A program made the position numbers and the translations under genes. A stretch of 64,000 bases of DNA from positions 33,131-97,130 of the forward strand of contig JAUIER010000004.1 of the NCBI GenBank assembly GCA_030429765.1. The letters are read 5' to 3'. This DNA comes from a bacterium. GTDB taxonomy: Bacteria > Omnitrophota > Gorgyraeia > Zapsychrales > Zapsychraceae. This document shows positions 8,698-19,687 of the stretch, in pieces. The first letter of the stretch is position 1. Each line of letters opens with the position of its first letter. The notes below the pieces were generated by a model. It made no database searches. It had not been told where the DNA came from and saw nothing but the letters and a program-made list of their open reading frames with translations.

Positions 8698-10893
8698 TTA
8701 TTTCTTTTTCTTTTTTTCCCAGGCTAGCACCAGTGGAGACGCGATGAAGATGGTCGAATAAGTACCCGCGATAAACCCGATCAGCAGCGTCAACGCGAAT
8801 GTATTTAAGACCTCACCGCCCTTGAAATACAGTGAGCAGACAACGATCAGGGTTGTGATGGTTGTCAGGATCGTACGTCCTAGTGTCTGATTGATACTAA
8901 GGTTGATAATCTCCGGCAGGGACTTGCGTCCGGATTTTGCCATATTCTCGCGGACACGGTCATAGATGATGATCGTGTCATTGATCGAATAACCGGCAAT
9001 CGTCAGCAAGGCCGTGACCACCAGAAGATCCACTTGCCGGTGGAACATAACAAGCATCCCCAGCGTAATAAATACGTCGTGCAGCAAGGCGATAATCCCG
9101 GCCGTCGCGAAATCAAAATGCGAGAACCGGAATCCCACATAGATCAGGATACCGCCCAACGCGAAGATAATCGCCAGAACAGCCGCCTTCCGTAACGCCT
9201 GCCCGACGACTGGACCAACTTTTTCAATACGAAGGATTTCAAAGGAATTATCCGTGAAGTTGGAGCGGAACGCCTCCATAACCGCCTTTTCTGTATCCTC
9301 GGATGTTCGGATCATCACGTTCTCCGGATACTGATCAAACTGCTGGATAACGGCATCCGGTAAATTGGCCGCGTTAAGCACATCCCGCAAATCATCAACC
9401 GGGATACGGCGTTCAAAACGATACTCCTGGATCTGCCCTCCCACAAAGTCGATTCCATAAGCCGCTTCCTTTTTCTGGACCAATGAGAATACACTTAACA
9501 AAACAAGAATCGCCGAAATGACAAAACAGATCTTACGTTTGGACACAAAATCGATTTTCGTATCAGAGAAGAAGCTGAGCATCTTGATCTTTTTGAGCAA
9601 ACCAAGATGAATACTGAGATCAAAGATTGTACGGGTTACATAAAGAGCTGTGAAAAGACTGGCGATCAAACCGATTGATAACGTCACCGCAAACCCTTTG
9701 ATCGGCCCCGATCCAAACTGAAACAACATGAAGGCCGCGATCAAGGTCGTTGTATTCGAGTCAACGATGGCCTTGAGAGCCTTACTAAAGCCATTATTTA
9801 CCGCCGATTGCAGCGGCCGGCCTGTCTTGGCCTCTTCCCGGATCCGCTCATTGATCAAAACATTCGCGTCAACGGCCATCCCCAGGGTCAGGATGATACC
9901 GGCGATACCCGGCAACGTCAGCGTCAACTGGGATGCCGGTAACATGACATTCATAAATCCCATAAGGCCAAATATCATAAGCAAGTTGTTGGCCAGCGCA
10001 ATACTGGAGATCATCCCGGCCTGCAGGTAATAAACCAACATGAAAATCAACACCAGGACTCCCCCGGTGATTGTAGCCGTAATCCCGGCATTAATCGAAT
10101 CCTTACCCAGCAACGGCCCAATCGTTCGTTCTTCTTCAAGAGTCATCGTAACTGGCAGCGCACCGGACCTAAGTGATAGAGCCAAAAGTGATGCCTCTTC
10201 GAACGTAAAACGCCCCGTAATCTGGGCGTTCCCACCCAGAATAGGCTCGTTGATATTAGGAGCTGATAAAACATTACCATCCAGCAATATTGCAAGTCGT
10301 CGATTCACATTGTCTTTGGTTAGCTTTCCAAAAGTCTTAGTTCCGTCCGCGTTGAACTTCATCGAAATATAGGGTTGTCGGGCCTGGTCAAAATCCACCA
10401 TCGCGTCCGCGATACTGTCGCCGGTCATCGCCACATCCGCTTCAAGTAGGACCGGATCATTCTCATCCTTGGTGTACTTCAGCAAATAGCCACTTGGCAC
10501 ATCACCCTCAATCGCTCGACTCATCAAGGTTGGATTATCACTGACCAGATGAAATTCCATTTTGGCAGTATCACCTATTAGTCTCAATGCGGTATCCCGA
10601 TCGGTAACTCCCGGCAGTTGAATGAGAATCTCCTGCTCACCCTGTTGCTGGATAACCATCTCGCCAGCACCTAAGCTGTCGATTCGATTGCGAAGGATTT
10701 CAATCGCCCGCAATACCGCATCTTTTCTCGCGTTTTCATCCAACTCTTCAAAATCCACCTGCATGATCAGATGCATTCCTCCCTTCAGGTCAAGTCCCAA
10801 GGGGATTTTCTTCTCAATTGGAAAGCCTAAATATATCGAAGCGGCGATGACGCCCAATATAACGAGAATGCGATTGCGTAACGACTTTTTCAT
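8698..10893 (-). CDS. secDF: fused protein translocase subunit SecDF
   Basis: LGLDLKGG, GMAVDANVLINERIREE (SecD half); GIDFVGG, GYSINDTIIIYDRVREN (SecF half). Confidence 0.97.
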   Translation of the reverse strand: MKKSLRNRILVILGVIAASIYLGFPIEKKIPLGLDLKGGMHLIMQVDFEELDENARKDAVLRAIEILRNRIDSLGAGEMVIQQQGEQEILIQLPGVTDRDTALRLIGDTAKMEFHLVSDNPTLMSRAIEGDVPSGYLLKYTKDENDPVLLEADVAMTGDSIADAMVDFDQARQPYISMKFNADGTKTFGKLTKDNVNRRLAILLDGNVLSAPNINEPILGGNAQITGRFTFEEASLLALSLRSGALPVTMTLEEERTIGPLLGKDSINAGITATITGGVLVLIFMLVYYLQAGMISSIALANNLLMIFGLMGFMNVMLPASQLTLTLPGIAGIILTLGMAVDANVLINERIREEAKTGRPLQSAVNNGFSKALKAIVDSNTTTLIAAFMLFQFGSGPIKGFAVTLSIGLIASLFTALYVTRTIFDLSIHLGLLKKIKMLSFFSDTKIDFVSKRKICFVISAILVLLSVFSLVQKKEAAYGIDFVGGQIQEYRFERRIPVDDLRDVLNAANLPDAVIQQFDQYPENVMIRTSEDTEKAVMEAFRSNFTDNSFEILRIEKVGPVVGQALRKAAVLAIIFALGGILIYVGFRFSHFDFATAGIIALLHDVFITLGMLVMFHRQVDLLVVTALLTIAGYSINDTIIIYDRVRENMAKSGRKSLPEIINLSINQTLGRTILTTITTLIVVCSLYFKGGEVLNTFALTLLIGFIAGTYSTIFIASPLVLAWEKKKKK

Positions 10894-10967
10894 GAAAACT
10901 CCTTAATTCATTCAGGTTAATTCCGCCTTAAGCTGATCCGCGAAATTCAAACCTGCTTTCAAACAAT

Positions 10968-11252
10968 TTATTTTTTGATCACCGTAGAGATCGACTCCTT
11001 ATCCATCTCCAGCTTGACATTATCATCCACCCGGATCATGACCGTGCGGTCCTTCACCGAGGTCACGATCCCGTGAATCCCTCCGGCCGTCACGACCTTG
11101 TCGTTCTTTTTGAGCTGATTGATCATTTCCTTCTGCTGTTTCTGCTTGTCCTTCTGCGGTTTGAGCAGAATAAAGTAGAAGATTGCGAAAATGATGATGT
11201 ACGGAATTATCGGCGTGGCCAATAAGGGATTTGCCGCTTGATCAGGTGACAT
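10968..11252 (-). CDS. yajC: preprotein translocase subunit YajC
   Basis: IFYFILLKPQ...LKKNDKVVTAGGIHG; upstream of secDF. Confidence 0.96.
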   Translation of the reverse strand: MSPDQAANPLLATPIIPYIIIFAIFYFILLKPQKDKQKQQKEMINQLKKNDKVVTAGGIHGIVTSVKDRTVMIRVDDNVKLEMDKESISTVIKK

Positions 11253-11277
11253 AAATTTTCCTTACTTAGTAAATCGA

Positions 11278-11529
11278 TTAAACAGTTTTTTTCGATTTCT
11301 TGACAATAGTGCGAACGGTGTCTGACATTGATGCCCCGTTAGAAATCCACTTATCGAGCTTGTCATGATTGATGACAATCTCCGCCGGTTGTTTGGCCGG
11401 ATCGTAGTGTCCGATGATATCCAGATTACGTGAATCACGACCCTTCGCGCGGCTCATAGCCACAACCCGGTAGTTATAACGATGCTTCGATGACCGTCCA
11501 ATGCGTTGTAAACGTATTCTTACTTCCAT
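11278..11529 (-). CDS. rpsP: 30S ribosomal protein S16
   Basis: VRIRLQRIG...YRVVA...GHYDP...WISNGASMSDTV. Confidence 0.95.
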   Translation of the reverse strand: MEVRIRLQRIGRSSKHRYNYRVVAMSRAKGRDSRNLDIIGHYDPAKQPAEIVINHDKLDKWISNGASMSDTVRTIVKKSKKTV

Positions 11530-11549
11530 TTTTACTCCCTGTCCTTTTC

Positions 11550-13064
11550 TTATTTGTGTTGATGTGCTAGTTCAATCGCCATGATCTGCGCTCTAGCTTT
11601 GTTTTCTGTTTCCTGAAATTCTTTCTTGGGAACCGAATCAGCGACGATCCCGGCCCCGGCCTGAACATAGGCCTTGTTTTTATGCGTTACGATCGTACGG
11701 ATCGTAATACATGTATCGAGATTACCTGAAAAACTGAAATAACCGATACACCCGGCGTAAGGTCCGCGTTTAACCTTTTCCAGATCCTCGATGATCTCCA
11801 TCGCGCGGATCTTCGGCGCGCCGGAAACCGTACCCGCCGGAAAGGCGGCCTGCAACACATCAAAATCATCCATCCCGCGCTTGAGCTTGCCGCGGACATT
11901 GCTGACGATGTGCATGACATGCGAATACTTTTCGATCGACATAAATTCCGACAGATGAACCGTTCCCTGTTGGCAAACACGTCCAAGATCATTACGTCCC
12001 AGGTCGACCAGCATGATGTGCTCAGCCTTCTCTTTTTCGTCCGACAAAAGATCCTTGGCCCGCGCTTCATCCTCACGTTCATTCTTGCCGCGCTTACGCG
12101 TACCGGCAATCGGTCGAGTTTCGACAACCCCGTCCTCACACCGGACCAACAGCTCAGGTGACGAACCGATGATCTGTATGCCGTCAAACTTCAGGCAGTA
12201 CATATATGGAGAAGGGTTCAACCCCCTCAACGAACGATAAATGTTAAACGGATCAGTCTTCAATCCGACTTCAAAACGCTGCGAAAGAACAACTTGAATA
12301 ATTTCACCCGCACGGATCTGCTTTTTGGCCTCGGTGACAATTTTCTTGAATTCACCCTCCGTGAGGTTTGATTTAACCTTCAATTCTACAGATTTCGAGG
12401 CCTTTCGTCCATTTTTATTTTTGGGAACGACCAGAGGCTGATTGAGCTCCCGGATCAGCCCGTCAATGGTCTTCTGAGCGCGTTTGAACAGCTGGATTTT
12501 TCGGGCCTTGGTGGCCTTGGGATCGACGCTGACACAGCTGATCACCTTGATCCGGTGATTGAGGTGATCAAAGATGATGATGTCCTTGGCCAGCATCATG
12601 TACATATCGGGTAATTCGAGGTCATCCTCGGTCTGGGCCGGAATTCGTTCAAAATGCCGCACCGTGTCATAGCTCATGTAGCCCACCAAACCGCCGCAGA
12701 AACGGGGCAAATCCGGCACATTCACAAATTTGTAGGCCTTCATGATGTCACGGATCACCGCTAACGGCGAACCATCAACCTGCATCTCGCGCGTTCGCGC
12801 CTTGCCTCGATTGAATTCGGTGATCGAAATGTGGTGGTCTTTATTTTTCAATACCAATTCAGGATTCCGTGCCAAAAAAGAAAATCGGGCGACCTTTTCT
12901 TCGCCCTCCACCGATTCAAGCAGGAACGAATACTTGGCCTCATGGGCGATTTTGTAGTACGCCGAAACCGGCGTGTCCAGATCACCCATGATCTCCCGGT
13001 AAACCGGAATCAAGTTCCCGCGATCGCACAATTTCAAAAATTCTGTTTGTGTTAAACTTTTCAT
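11550..13064 (-). CDS. trpE: anthranilate synthase component I
   Basis: FLLES, NPSPY, PIAGTRKRG, EHIMLVDLGRNDLG, PAGTVSGAPKIRAM, QAGAGIVADS. Confidence 0.93.
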   Translation of the reverse strand: MKSLTQTEFLKLCDRGNLIPVYREIMGDLDTPVSAYYKIAHEAKYSFLLESVEGEEKVARFSFLARNPELVLKNKDHHISITEFNRGKARTREMQVDGSPLAVIRDIMKAYKFVNVPDLPRFCGGLVGYMSYDTVRHFERIPAQTEDDLELPDMYMMLAKDIIIFDHLNHRIKVISCVSVDPKATKARKIQLFKRAQKTIDGLIRELNQPLVVPKNKNGRKASKSVELKVKSNLTEGEFKKIVTEAKKQIRAGEIIQVVLSQRFEVGLKTDPFNIYRSLRGLNPSPYMYCLKFDGIQIIGSSPELLVRCEDGVVETRPIAGTRKRGKNEREDEARAKDLLSDEKEKAEHIMLVDLGRNDLGRVCQQGTVHLSEFMSIEKYSHVMHIVSNVRGKLKRGMDDFDVLQAAFPAGTVSGAPKIRAMEIIEDLEKVKRGPYAGCIGYFSFSGNLDTCITIRTIVTHKNKAYVQAGAGIVADSVPKKEFQETENKARAQIMAIELAHQHK

Positions 13065-13067
13065 ATC

Positions 13068-13826
13068 CTATTCACGTCGAATCGGGACATTTCGTTCCCG
13101 CAGATACGACTTGACCTCATGAATCGGTATTTCGTTATAATGAAAGACGGACGCGGCCAGCGCGGCATCCGCTCCGGTTTGATCGAAAACATGATAAAAA
13201 TCTTCGAGGGTTCCGGCGCCACCGGACGCAATCACCGGAATCGTCACACGTTGACTGATCGCCGCGGTTAGCGGTAGATCATAGCCATCTTTGGTTCCGT
13301 CGGCATCCATGCTCGTCAGTAAAATTTCTCCGGCTCCGTAGTCCTGCATCTTGGCCGCCCACTCGACCGCGTCAATCCCCGTCGGTGTCCGGCCGCCATG
13401 CGTGAACACTTCCCAGTGATCATCCACACGCTTTCCGTCAATCGCCACCACGATACATTGACTTCCAAAACAAGCTGCTGCTTCACGGACCAGTTCGGGA
13501 TTCTTCACCGCCGATGTATTGATCGACACTTTATCGGCCCCGGCATTCAGCAATTCCCGTATATCTTCCACCCGGTTGATCCCACCGCCGACCGTTAACG
13601 GCATAAAAACTTCCTCAGCGGTGCGCTTTACAATATCGATTATGATCCCACGCTTTTCATGACTTGCCGTGATGTCTAAAAACACGATCTCATCGGCATG
13701 TTGTTGATCATAGGCCTTGGCAATCTCTACCGGATCACCGGCGTCACGCAAATCAACAAAATTAGTCCCCTTAACCACACGTCCATCTTTGACATCCAGA
13801 CAAGGGATGATTCGTTTCTTTAACAT
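13068..13826 (-). CDS. hisF: imidazole glycerol phosphate synthase cyclase subunit
   Basis: [36 protein letters not shown]. Confidence 0.98.
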   Translation of the reverse strand: MLKKRIIPCLDVKDGRVVKGTNFVDLRDAGDPVEIAKAYDQQHADEIVFLDITASHEKRGIIIDIVKRTAEEVFMPLTVGGGINRVEDIRELLNAGADKVSINTSAVKNPELVREAAACFGSQCIVVAIDGKRVDDHWEVFTHGGRTPTGIDAVEWAAKMQDYGAGEILLTSMDADGTKDGYDLPLTAAISQRVTIPVIASGGAGTLEDFYHVFDQTGADAALAASVFHYNEIPIHEVKSYLRERNVPIRRE

Positions 13827-14539
13827 ACCGCCAGCGCCTCTTTCAGATCCAGTTTGCCTTCATAGATCGCCTTACCGGTGATCGCCCCCATGATACCTCG
13901 ATCCTCGAGACTCTTAAGACGCTTGATATCATCAAGACTGGCAATCCCACCAGAGGCGATGATCGGAATATTAGTGGCATCAAGCATATTCTTAAGCTCT
14001 TCATAATTAGGTCCGGTCAACATGCCGTCGCGAGCAATGTCGGTATAGATCAGACATTTAAGCCCTAAAAGCTCCAACTCTTTGGCAAACTCGGTGGCCT
14101 TGACGTCCGACGTCGACGTCCAGCCATGCCGCGCCACGAAACCATTGGTGCAATCCAGGCTCACCGCAATCTTGTCGGTCCAGCTCGATAACACATCCAC
14201 TAAAAATGTTGTGTCATCCAGCACCTTGGTTCCAAGGATCACACGCGACACACCTCCCTCAATCAATTGCGCGATATCCTCTTTGGTGCGGATGCCGCCG
14301 CCCATCTGCACCGGAATATCAACGGAACTGGCAACGCGTTTGATGACGTCCAGGTTCTGAATCTTGCCCGTCTTGGCCCCGTCGAGATCAACCAGATGCA
14401 GCCATTCGGCCCCCATCTCCTGCCATTGTTGAGCGATCGATACCGGATCATGTGAGTATTCCGTAACGGCATCAAATTTTCCCTGAATTAATCGAACGAC
14501 TTTACCGCCTTGAATATCGATGGCTGGAAATATGATCAT
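13820..14539 (-). CDS. hisA: ProFAR isomerase
   Basis: [36 protein letters not shown]. Confidence 0.98.
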   Translation of the reverse strand: MIIFPAIDIQGGKVVRLIQGKFDAVTEYSHDPVSIAQQWQEMGAEWLHLVDLDGAKTGKIQNLDVIKRVASSVDIPVQMGGGIRTKEDIAQLIEGGVSRVILGTKVLDDTTFLVDVLSSWTDKIAVSLDCTNGFVARHGWTSTSDVKATEFAKELELLGLKCLIYTDIARDGMLTGPNYEELKNMLDATNIPIIASGGIASLDDIKRLKSLEDRGIMGAITGKAIYEGKLDLKEALAVC

Positions 14540-15144
14540 ATGGATAGTCCTACAAAATTTTTTAGTATATGCAGACCCACGGTCTGACTTTTTTCCGGGT
14601 GAAACTGGACACCAAATACATTGTCCCGCCGAACCGCGGACGTGTATCTGATACCGTAATCTGTGCTTGTCGCCTCAATGGTAGAATCATCCGGATCGAC
14701 GTAATATGAATGGCAGAAATAAACTTCCGCCCCGTCACTGATCCCCTCGAATAACGGACAATCCCTTTGTGTCAGCGTCAACTCATTCCAGCCCATCTGC
14801 GGAACCTTGAGTTGAGAAAATTTCTTAACACCACCTTCAAATACACCAAGCCCACGCGTGTTAGTCCCTTCTTCACTGGACTCAAACATCAGCTGTAATC
14901 CCACACATATCCCTAAGAACGGCCTCCCGCTTTGAATCACCTGATGAATGCTGTTGACCAACCCGAGTTCGGTGAGCTTGTCCATCGCCGCGCCCATGGC
15001 CCCCACGCCTGGCAACACAACGCGCTCCGCCGCTAATATCTGCTGGGCATCATGGGTGATACGCGCATCCCCGCCAACCTTCTGCAGCGCCTTCTGAACG
15101 CTTCTGAGATTTCCCATTCCATAATCAATAACTGCAATCATCAT
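14536..15144 (-). CDS. hisH: imidazole glycerol phosphate synthase glutaminase subunit
   Basis: IDYGMGNLRSV, GICVGLQ, QFHPEKS. Confidence 0.97.
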   Translation of the reverse strand: MMIAVIDYGMGNLRSVQKALQKVGGDARITHDAQQILAAERVVLPGVGAMGAAMDKLTELGLVNSIHQVIQSGRPFLGICVGLQLMFESSEEGTNTRGLGVFEGGVKKFSQLKVPQMGWNELTLTQRDCPLFEGISDGAEVYFCHSYYVDPDDSTIEATSTDYGIRYTSAVRRDNVFGVQFHPEKSQTVGLHILKNFVGLSI

Positions 15145-15213
15145 TTATTCCATACACACGTAAGCCTTCAATCGTAAGTTTTAAACTGTTCGCGGATTGA
15201 AGGCCTTCATGTG

Positions 15214-15822
15214 TTAATCAATAATTCCCTTGGTTGACGGCACTTCTCCCTCTCGACGAGGATCGACCTGTGTGGCCTGATCCAGCGCCTGCCCCAGCGA
15301 CTTAAAAACCGTCTCGACATTGGTGTGCAGGTCTTCATCGGGATGCTCAATCTTGACATTAAGCGTTGCGCCCAATCCGTTGGCGAAAGATTCAAGAAAG
15401 TGCTCCAGGTACTTCATCGAATAATTCTCCTGATCCTTGATGGAATTCATATCCGGACATTCCAGACTAAAGTAACTACGCCCGCTGATATCCAATACCG
15501 TGCGCCCCAACGTTGATTCCATCGGAGAAAACCCTACACCGAAACGTTTGATCCCGCGCATTTCATCCAACGCCTTGCGAAACAATTTTCCCAACACAAT
15601 ACCAATGTCTTCGTTGGTGTGGTGAATATCAATTTCCAGGTCGGCTTTATTGACTTTCAGATCTAAATCAAAAAATCCGTGAAACGCAAACAACTCCAGC
15701 ATGTGATCCAGCAAACCAATTTGCGTTTTGATACTTGATTGTCCCTTGCCATCGACATTGACCTCGGCGGCAATCTCGGTTTCTCGACTTTTTCGTTCTA
15801 ACGACGCTTTACGCTCACTCAT
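15214..15822 (-). CDS. hisB: imidazoleglycerol-phosphate dehydratase, divergent second metal motif
   Basis: RKSRETEI, DHML, DIHHTNED, DISGR, VPSTKG; between hisD and hisH. Confidence 0.9.
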   Translation of the reverse strand: MSERKASLERKSRETEIAAEVNVDGKGQSSIKTQIGLLDHMLELFAFHGFFDLDLKVNKADLEIDIHHTNEDIGIVLGKLFRKALDEMRGIKRFGVGFSPMESTLGRTVLDISGRSYFSLECPDMNSIKDQENYSMKYLEHFLESFANGLGATLNVKIEHPDEDLHTNVETVFKSLGQALDQATQVDPRREGEVPSTKGIID

Positions 15823-15837
15823 TGACTGACTTCCTTT

Positions 15838-17061
15838 CTATTGAAACCTGACATTTACCGACTCATAGTGCTTCGGCAAACCTTCAAGCTTGGCGACTTT
15901 TTCAATCCCCGGCCGCATCCGTTCCAGCGCCCGTTTGGAATACGAAATCACATGACTTTTCTTGTTAAAATCTGACAGACACAACCCCGAGAAAAACCGC
16001 GCGGTTCCAAGCGTCGGAAGCACGTGCGATGGACCGGCCGCGTAATCCCCGAGTGCGGTCGGACTATATGGCCCCAGAAATATGGCGCCGGCATGGGTGA
16101 TTTTCTTGGCCACCGCAGCCGGACTGTTGGTCAGAATCTGCAAATGTTCCGGCGCGATCTTGTTGGTGATATCGATAGCTTCATCGATATTCTTGGCGTA
16201 AATCGCGTAGCCTTTAGTCGTGCGCTTCTTGACCTGTTTGATTAATCGTTTTGATGTCGTGACGAGAACCGAAAGCCCGTCCAAATGTTCGGCCTGGGCT
16301 TCGAGATCGGCCACCACATAATCGGGATTGCTGTACCGGTTGGCGATGATCACCAACTCCGTCGGACCGGCCAACATATCGATGTCGACATATCCGAAGA
16401 GCTGCCGCTTGGCCTCGGTGACATACATGTTCCCCGGACCAACAATCTTATCCACTTTTGGAATGGACCGGGTTCCAAAGGCAGTCGCGGCAATCGCCTG
16501 AGCCCCGCCGACCTTGTAGATCTCGTCGACATTTAACAAATTGGCTACGGCAAGAATGTGTGGATTAATGTGTCCATTGGCGTCAGGCGGCGTCATCATC
16601 ACAACCTTTTTGACACCGGCGATCTTGGCCGGGATCACTGTCATATACACAGATGAGACCAACGGGGCCGTTCCCGCTGGAATATAGACCCCCACCGAAT
16701 CCAACGGGATGATATTTTCCTTCAATAAAATCCCGTCGTCATGGCTGATGCGCGCTGGTTTTTGTTTTTGCTTCTTATAGAAATCCGATACGTTGTTGAT
16801 AATCACCTTGAGACTGGAAATAAAGTCGCTGGTAATTGACTGGTAGGCGCCGCTGATCTCGGCCTCGGACACCCTGAGTTCTTTGGACTTGAGGTTGGCC
16901 TTGTCGAACCGCTTGGTATATTTGATCACGGCTTCATCACCATTCACACGGACATCCTCGATGATCCGCCGTACTTTTTCCTCTACATGTTTCTTTCGGG
17001 CGTACATATTCCGGTTGTAAAGTTTCTGCAGCGCCTGCCCGGTTTGTGTAAGTGTTTTCAT
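15838..17061 (-). CDS. hisD: histidinol dehydrogenase
   Basis: VGVYIPAG, GPGNMYVTEAK, AGPTE, QAEH, APEHL, GDY. Start moved to ATG 17061 because the longer ORF overlaps alaS. Confidence 0.96.
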   Translation of the reverse strand: MKTLTQTGQALQKLYNRNMYARKKHVEEKVRRIIEDVRVNGDEAVIKYTKRFDKANLKSKELRVSEAEISGAYQSITSDFISSLKVIINNVSDFYKKQKQKPARISHDDGILLKENIIPLDSVGVYIPAGTAPLVSSVYMTVIPAKIAGVKKVVMMTPPDANGHINPHILAVANLLNVDEIYKVGGAQAIAATAFGTRSIPKVDKIVGPGNMYVTEAKRQLFGYVDIDMLAGPTELVIIANRYSNPDYVVADLEAQAEHLDGLSVLVTTSKRLIKQVKKRTTKGYAIYAKNIDEAIDITNKIAPEHLQILTNSPAAVAKKITHAGAIFLGPYSPTALGDYAAGPSHVLPTLGTARFFSGLCLSDFNKKSHVISYSKRALERMRPGIEKVAKLEGLPKHYESVNVRFQ

Positions 17062-17065
17062 ATGG

Positions 17066-19687
17066 TTACCCTTTAGTAAGTACGTCGTACACGTAATCAA
17101 CCGCCTCGTCAAGCTTTTGCGATTGTTTACCCCCTGCCTGTGCCAATTGAGGCCGCCCGCCTCCCCGGCCGCCAATCTTTTGCGCAGCCTGCTGGATCAG
17201 TTCATTGGCCTTCCACCCTTTGGCAATCGCCGCTTCCGAACTCGATATCAACACCGACGCGCCATTGGCGGAGCTCGCCCCGAGAATAATAAGCGAGGAT
17301 GGCAGTTTTTGTTTGAGAAAATCCGACACCTTTCGCAAAACAGCCATGTCGGTGTTCGGAATAATTTTTTTGTAGATGACCACATCGTCCACCACGTGGA
17401 CATCATTAAGACTTCCCTCAACCACTGACTTGAGCGCTTCAAATTGAAGCTGCTCGTAACTCCGCTCCAAATCTTTGAGCTTCTTGGCCTGCGCCTTGAC
17501 CTTGTCGGTGACTTCTTCGACGGGCGCTTTGAAAAGTTTGGCAAGCTCGGACAACTGTTTTTCCTGTGTGCTGATATAATCCAGCGCACCTGTTCCGGTC
17601 TTGGCCTCGATCCGCCGTATCCCCTGAGCGATGGCCGATTCGCTGACGATCTTGAATACTCCAATCTGTCCGGTTGAACCCAAGTGCGTCCCGCCGCAAA
17701 ACTCCTTGGAATAATTTCCGATTGTCACCACACGAACCGTCTTTCCGTATTTCTCGGCAAAGAAGGCCAACGCCCCGCTTTGCCGGGCCTCTTCGATACT
17801 TAAATATTCAGTTGTCACCTGATCACATGCTCGGACAAACAAGTTGACCATGTCCTCAATGGCCTGAAGTTCTTTGGGTGATATGGCCTTGGGATGTGAA
17901 AAGTCGAACCTTAACCGGTCTTCAGCGACGAGAGATCCTTGCTGCTTGATATGCGTTCCCAAAATCTCCCGAAGGGCCGACTGCATCAAATGCGTTGCCG
18001 TGTGATTCCGCATGATCGATAACCGCCGATCAATGTTAATGATCGCCTTGACAATCGAATCAGTCCGGAAAGTCCCGGATTCCACGACCCCAAAATGGAC
18101 AAACACATCGTCGATCTTTTGGGTATCAGTCACACGGATCAAACCGTCATCCGATGTCACCTGGCCGATGTCACCTTGCTGACCACCGGACTCGGCGTAA
18201 AAAGGTGTTTTATCCAGCACAAACTTGATCTGATCTCCCGCTTTGACCTCATTAACACGATCTGATCCGATAAACAGCTTGAGAACCGAACTGGTGCTCT
18301 CGGCCTGACGATAGCCTAAAAATTCCGTCTTGGGTAAATCCAGCTGGAGTTCCGTGCCGGTGAAGACATCACCGGTCATCTTGCTGGACGCCCTGGACTG
18401 CTCTTGCTGATGCTTCATCAGTGTCTCAAATTCTGACCACGCTGATTTAACTAATTTCTCGTCGAGACTGATATCATCCAGCGCCTTTTCAATCGTGTTC
18501 AGCGCCAATCCATACGTGTCTCGATAGGCAAAGATCACCTGCCCCAGGTCCTGGGCGGTTTGGGCCGACTTGACCGCCGCCTCGAATTCGGGTAGACGCT
18601 CCTGACGGACCTTAATATAAGCCATCTCGACAGACTTGACGGTTTGCTGAATATCATCAGATTTTTCGATCATATCCGGATACTGCTCACGCATCGCCTC
18701 AACCAGCGCGGGAACGAGTTTGTAGATTACCGGCTCCTTGGTTCCGGCCCGCAGGCAGATATCGGAACTGTCGATGATCAGCTTCTTAATGACGTATCCG
18801 CGTCCTTCATTTGACGGAACAACACCGTCGCCGATACCAAAACAAATACCTCGCAGATGGTCCGCTATCACATAGCGCAACTTGCGGTCCGATTGGCTGT
18901 CATCAATGCTGACATGCGCGTCCACGGCCTTGAGAATCGGGGCAAACACATCTGTCTCAAAATTATTTTTCTTACCCTGTAAGACAGCCGCCAATCGCTC
19001 CAGCCCCATTCCGGTATCGATATTCTTTCCCGGCAACGGCTCCAACACGCCGCCGTCCTGACGATTATATTGAGTGAACACCAGATTCCAGACCTCGGAA
19101 AATCGCCCCATCTCATCGTCGGGATCGTCGGGAAATGTACCGGCCTCGGGATGGTAATCATAAAAAATTTCCGAACATGGCCCACAGGGACCATTCGGTC
19201 CATTTTCCTTGGCATTCGACGGCCAGAAATTGCTTTTGCCGCCGAGCTTAAAGATTTTTTGGGGGTCAATCTTGATCTGATCACGCCAAATCGCTTCGGC
19301 TTCAGAGTCTTCTTCGTAGACTGACACCCACAACCGGTCGGCTGGAATCTGAAGTTCCTGGGTCAGAAACTCCCAGGCCCACTTAATGGCATCTTCTTTG
19401 AAGTAATCGCCGAACGAAAAATTCCCCAACATTTCAAAAAAGGTATGATGAAAATCCGTCACTCCGACTTCATCGAGATCGTCGGTACGCATACACTTTT
19501 GGGATGTGGTCGCGCGGGTGTATTCGTCGATGTGTCCGAGAAACTGGCGTTTGAATTGCTGCATGCCGGCCGTGGTGAATAAAACGGTAGGATCATTCTT
19601 GGGAACAAGCGAGTCGCTTTCAACTATGGTATGCCCTTTCGAGGCGAAAAATTTGAGATACTTACTGCGGATTTCGTTGACTGTCAT
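17066..19687 (-). CDS. alaS: alanine--tRNA ligase
   Basis: HHTFFEMLGNFSFGDYFK, IDTGMGLER, HTATHL...CGGTH editing domain, GGRGGGRP C-Ala domain. Confidence 0.99.
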   Translation of the reverse strand: MTVNEIRSKYLKFFASKGHTIVESDSLVPKNDPTVLFTTAGMQQFKRQFLGHIDEYTRATTSQKCMRTDDLDEVGVTDFHHTFFEMLGNFSFGDYFKEDAIKWAWEFLTQELQIPADRLWVSVYEEDSEAEAIWRDQIKIDPQKIFKLGGKSNFWPSNAKENGPNGPCGPCSEIFYDYHPEAGTFPDDPDDEMGRFSEVWNLVFTQYNRQDGGVLEPLPGKNIDTGMGLERLAAVLQGKKNNFETDVFAPILKAVDAHVSIDDSQSDRKLRYVIADHLRGICFGIGDGVVPSNEGRGYVIKKLIIDSSDICLRAGTKEPVIYKLVPALVEAMREQYPDMIEKSDDIQQTVKSVEMAYIKVRQERLPEFEAAVKSAQTAQDLGQVIFAYRDTYGLALNTIEKALDDISLDEKLVKSAWSEFETLMKHQQEQSRASSKMTGDVFTGTELQLDLPKTEFLGYRQAESTSSVLKLFIGSDRVNEVKAGDQIKFVLDKTPFYAESGGQQGDIGQVTSDDGLIRVTDTQKIDDVFVHFGVVESGTFRTDSIVKAIINIDRRLSIMRNHTATHLMQSALREILGTHIKQQGSLVAEDRLRFDFSHPKAISPKELQAIEDMVNLFVRACDQVTTEYLSIEEARQSGALAFFAEKYGKTVRVVTIGNYSKEFCGGTHLGSTGQIGVFKIVSESAIAQGIRRIEAKTGTGALDYISTQEKQLSELAKLFKAPVEEVTDKVKAQAKKLKDLERSYEQLQFEALKSVVEGSLNDVHVVDDVVIYKKIIPNTDMAVLRKVSDFLKQKLPSSLIILGASSANGASVLISSSEAAIAKGWKANELIQQAAQKIGGRGGGRPQLAQAGGKQSQKLDEAVDYVYDVLTKG

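Noticed and set aside
15164-15204. GCCTTCAATC...GATTGAAGGC inverted repeat between hisB and hisH as a his attenuator or REP element
   Set aside because: No His-rich leader peptide, no U tract and no second copy seen; at most an mRNA-stabilising hairpin
17062-17175. 38-aa N-terminal extension of HisD in the ORF track; similar extensions on uvrA, panC, lysA, two pilins and the TonB-like gene
   Set aside because: Artefacts of taking the most upstream start codon; most overlap upstream genes or promoter elements, and family-like sequence begins at the downstream ATG
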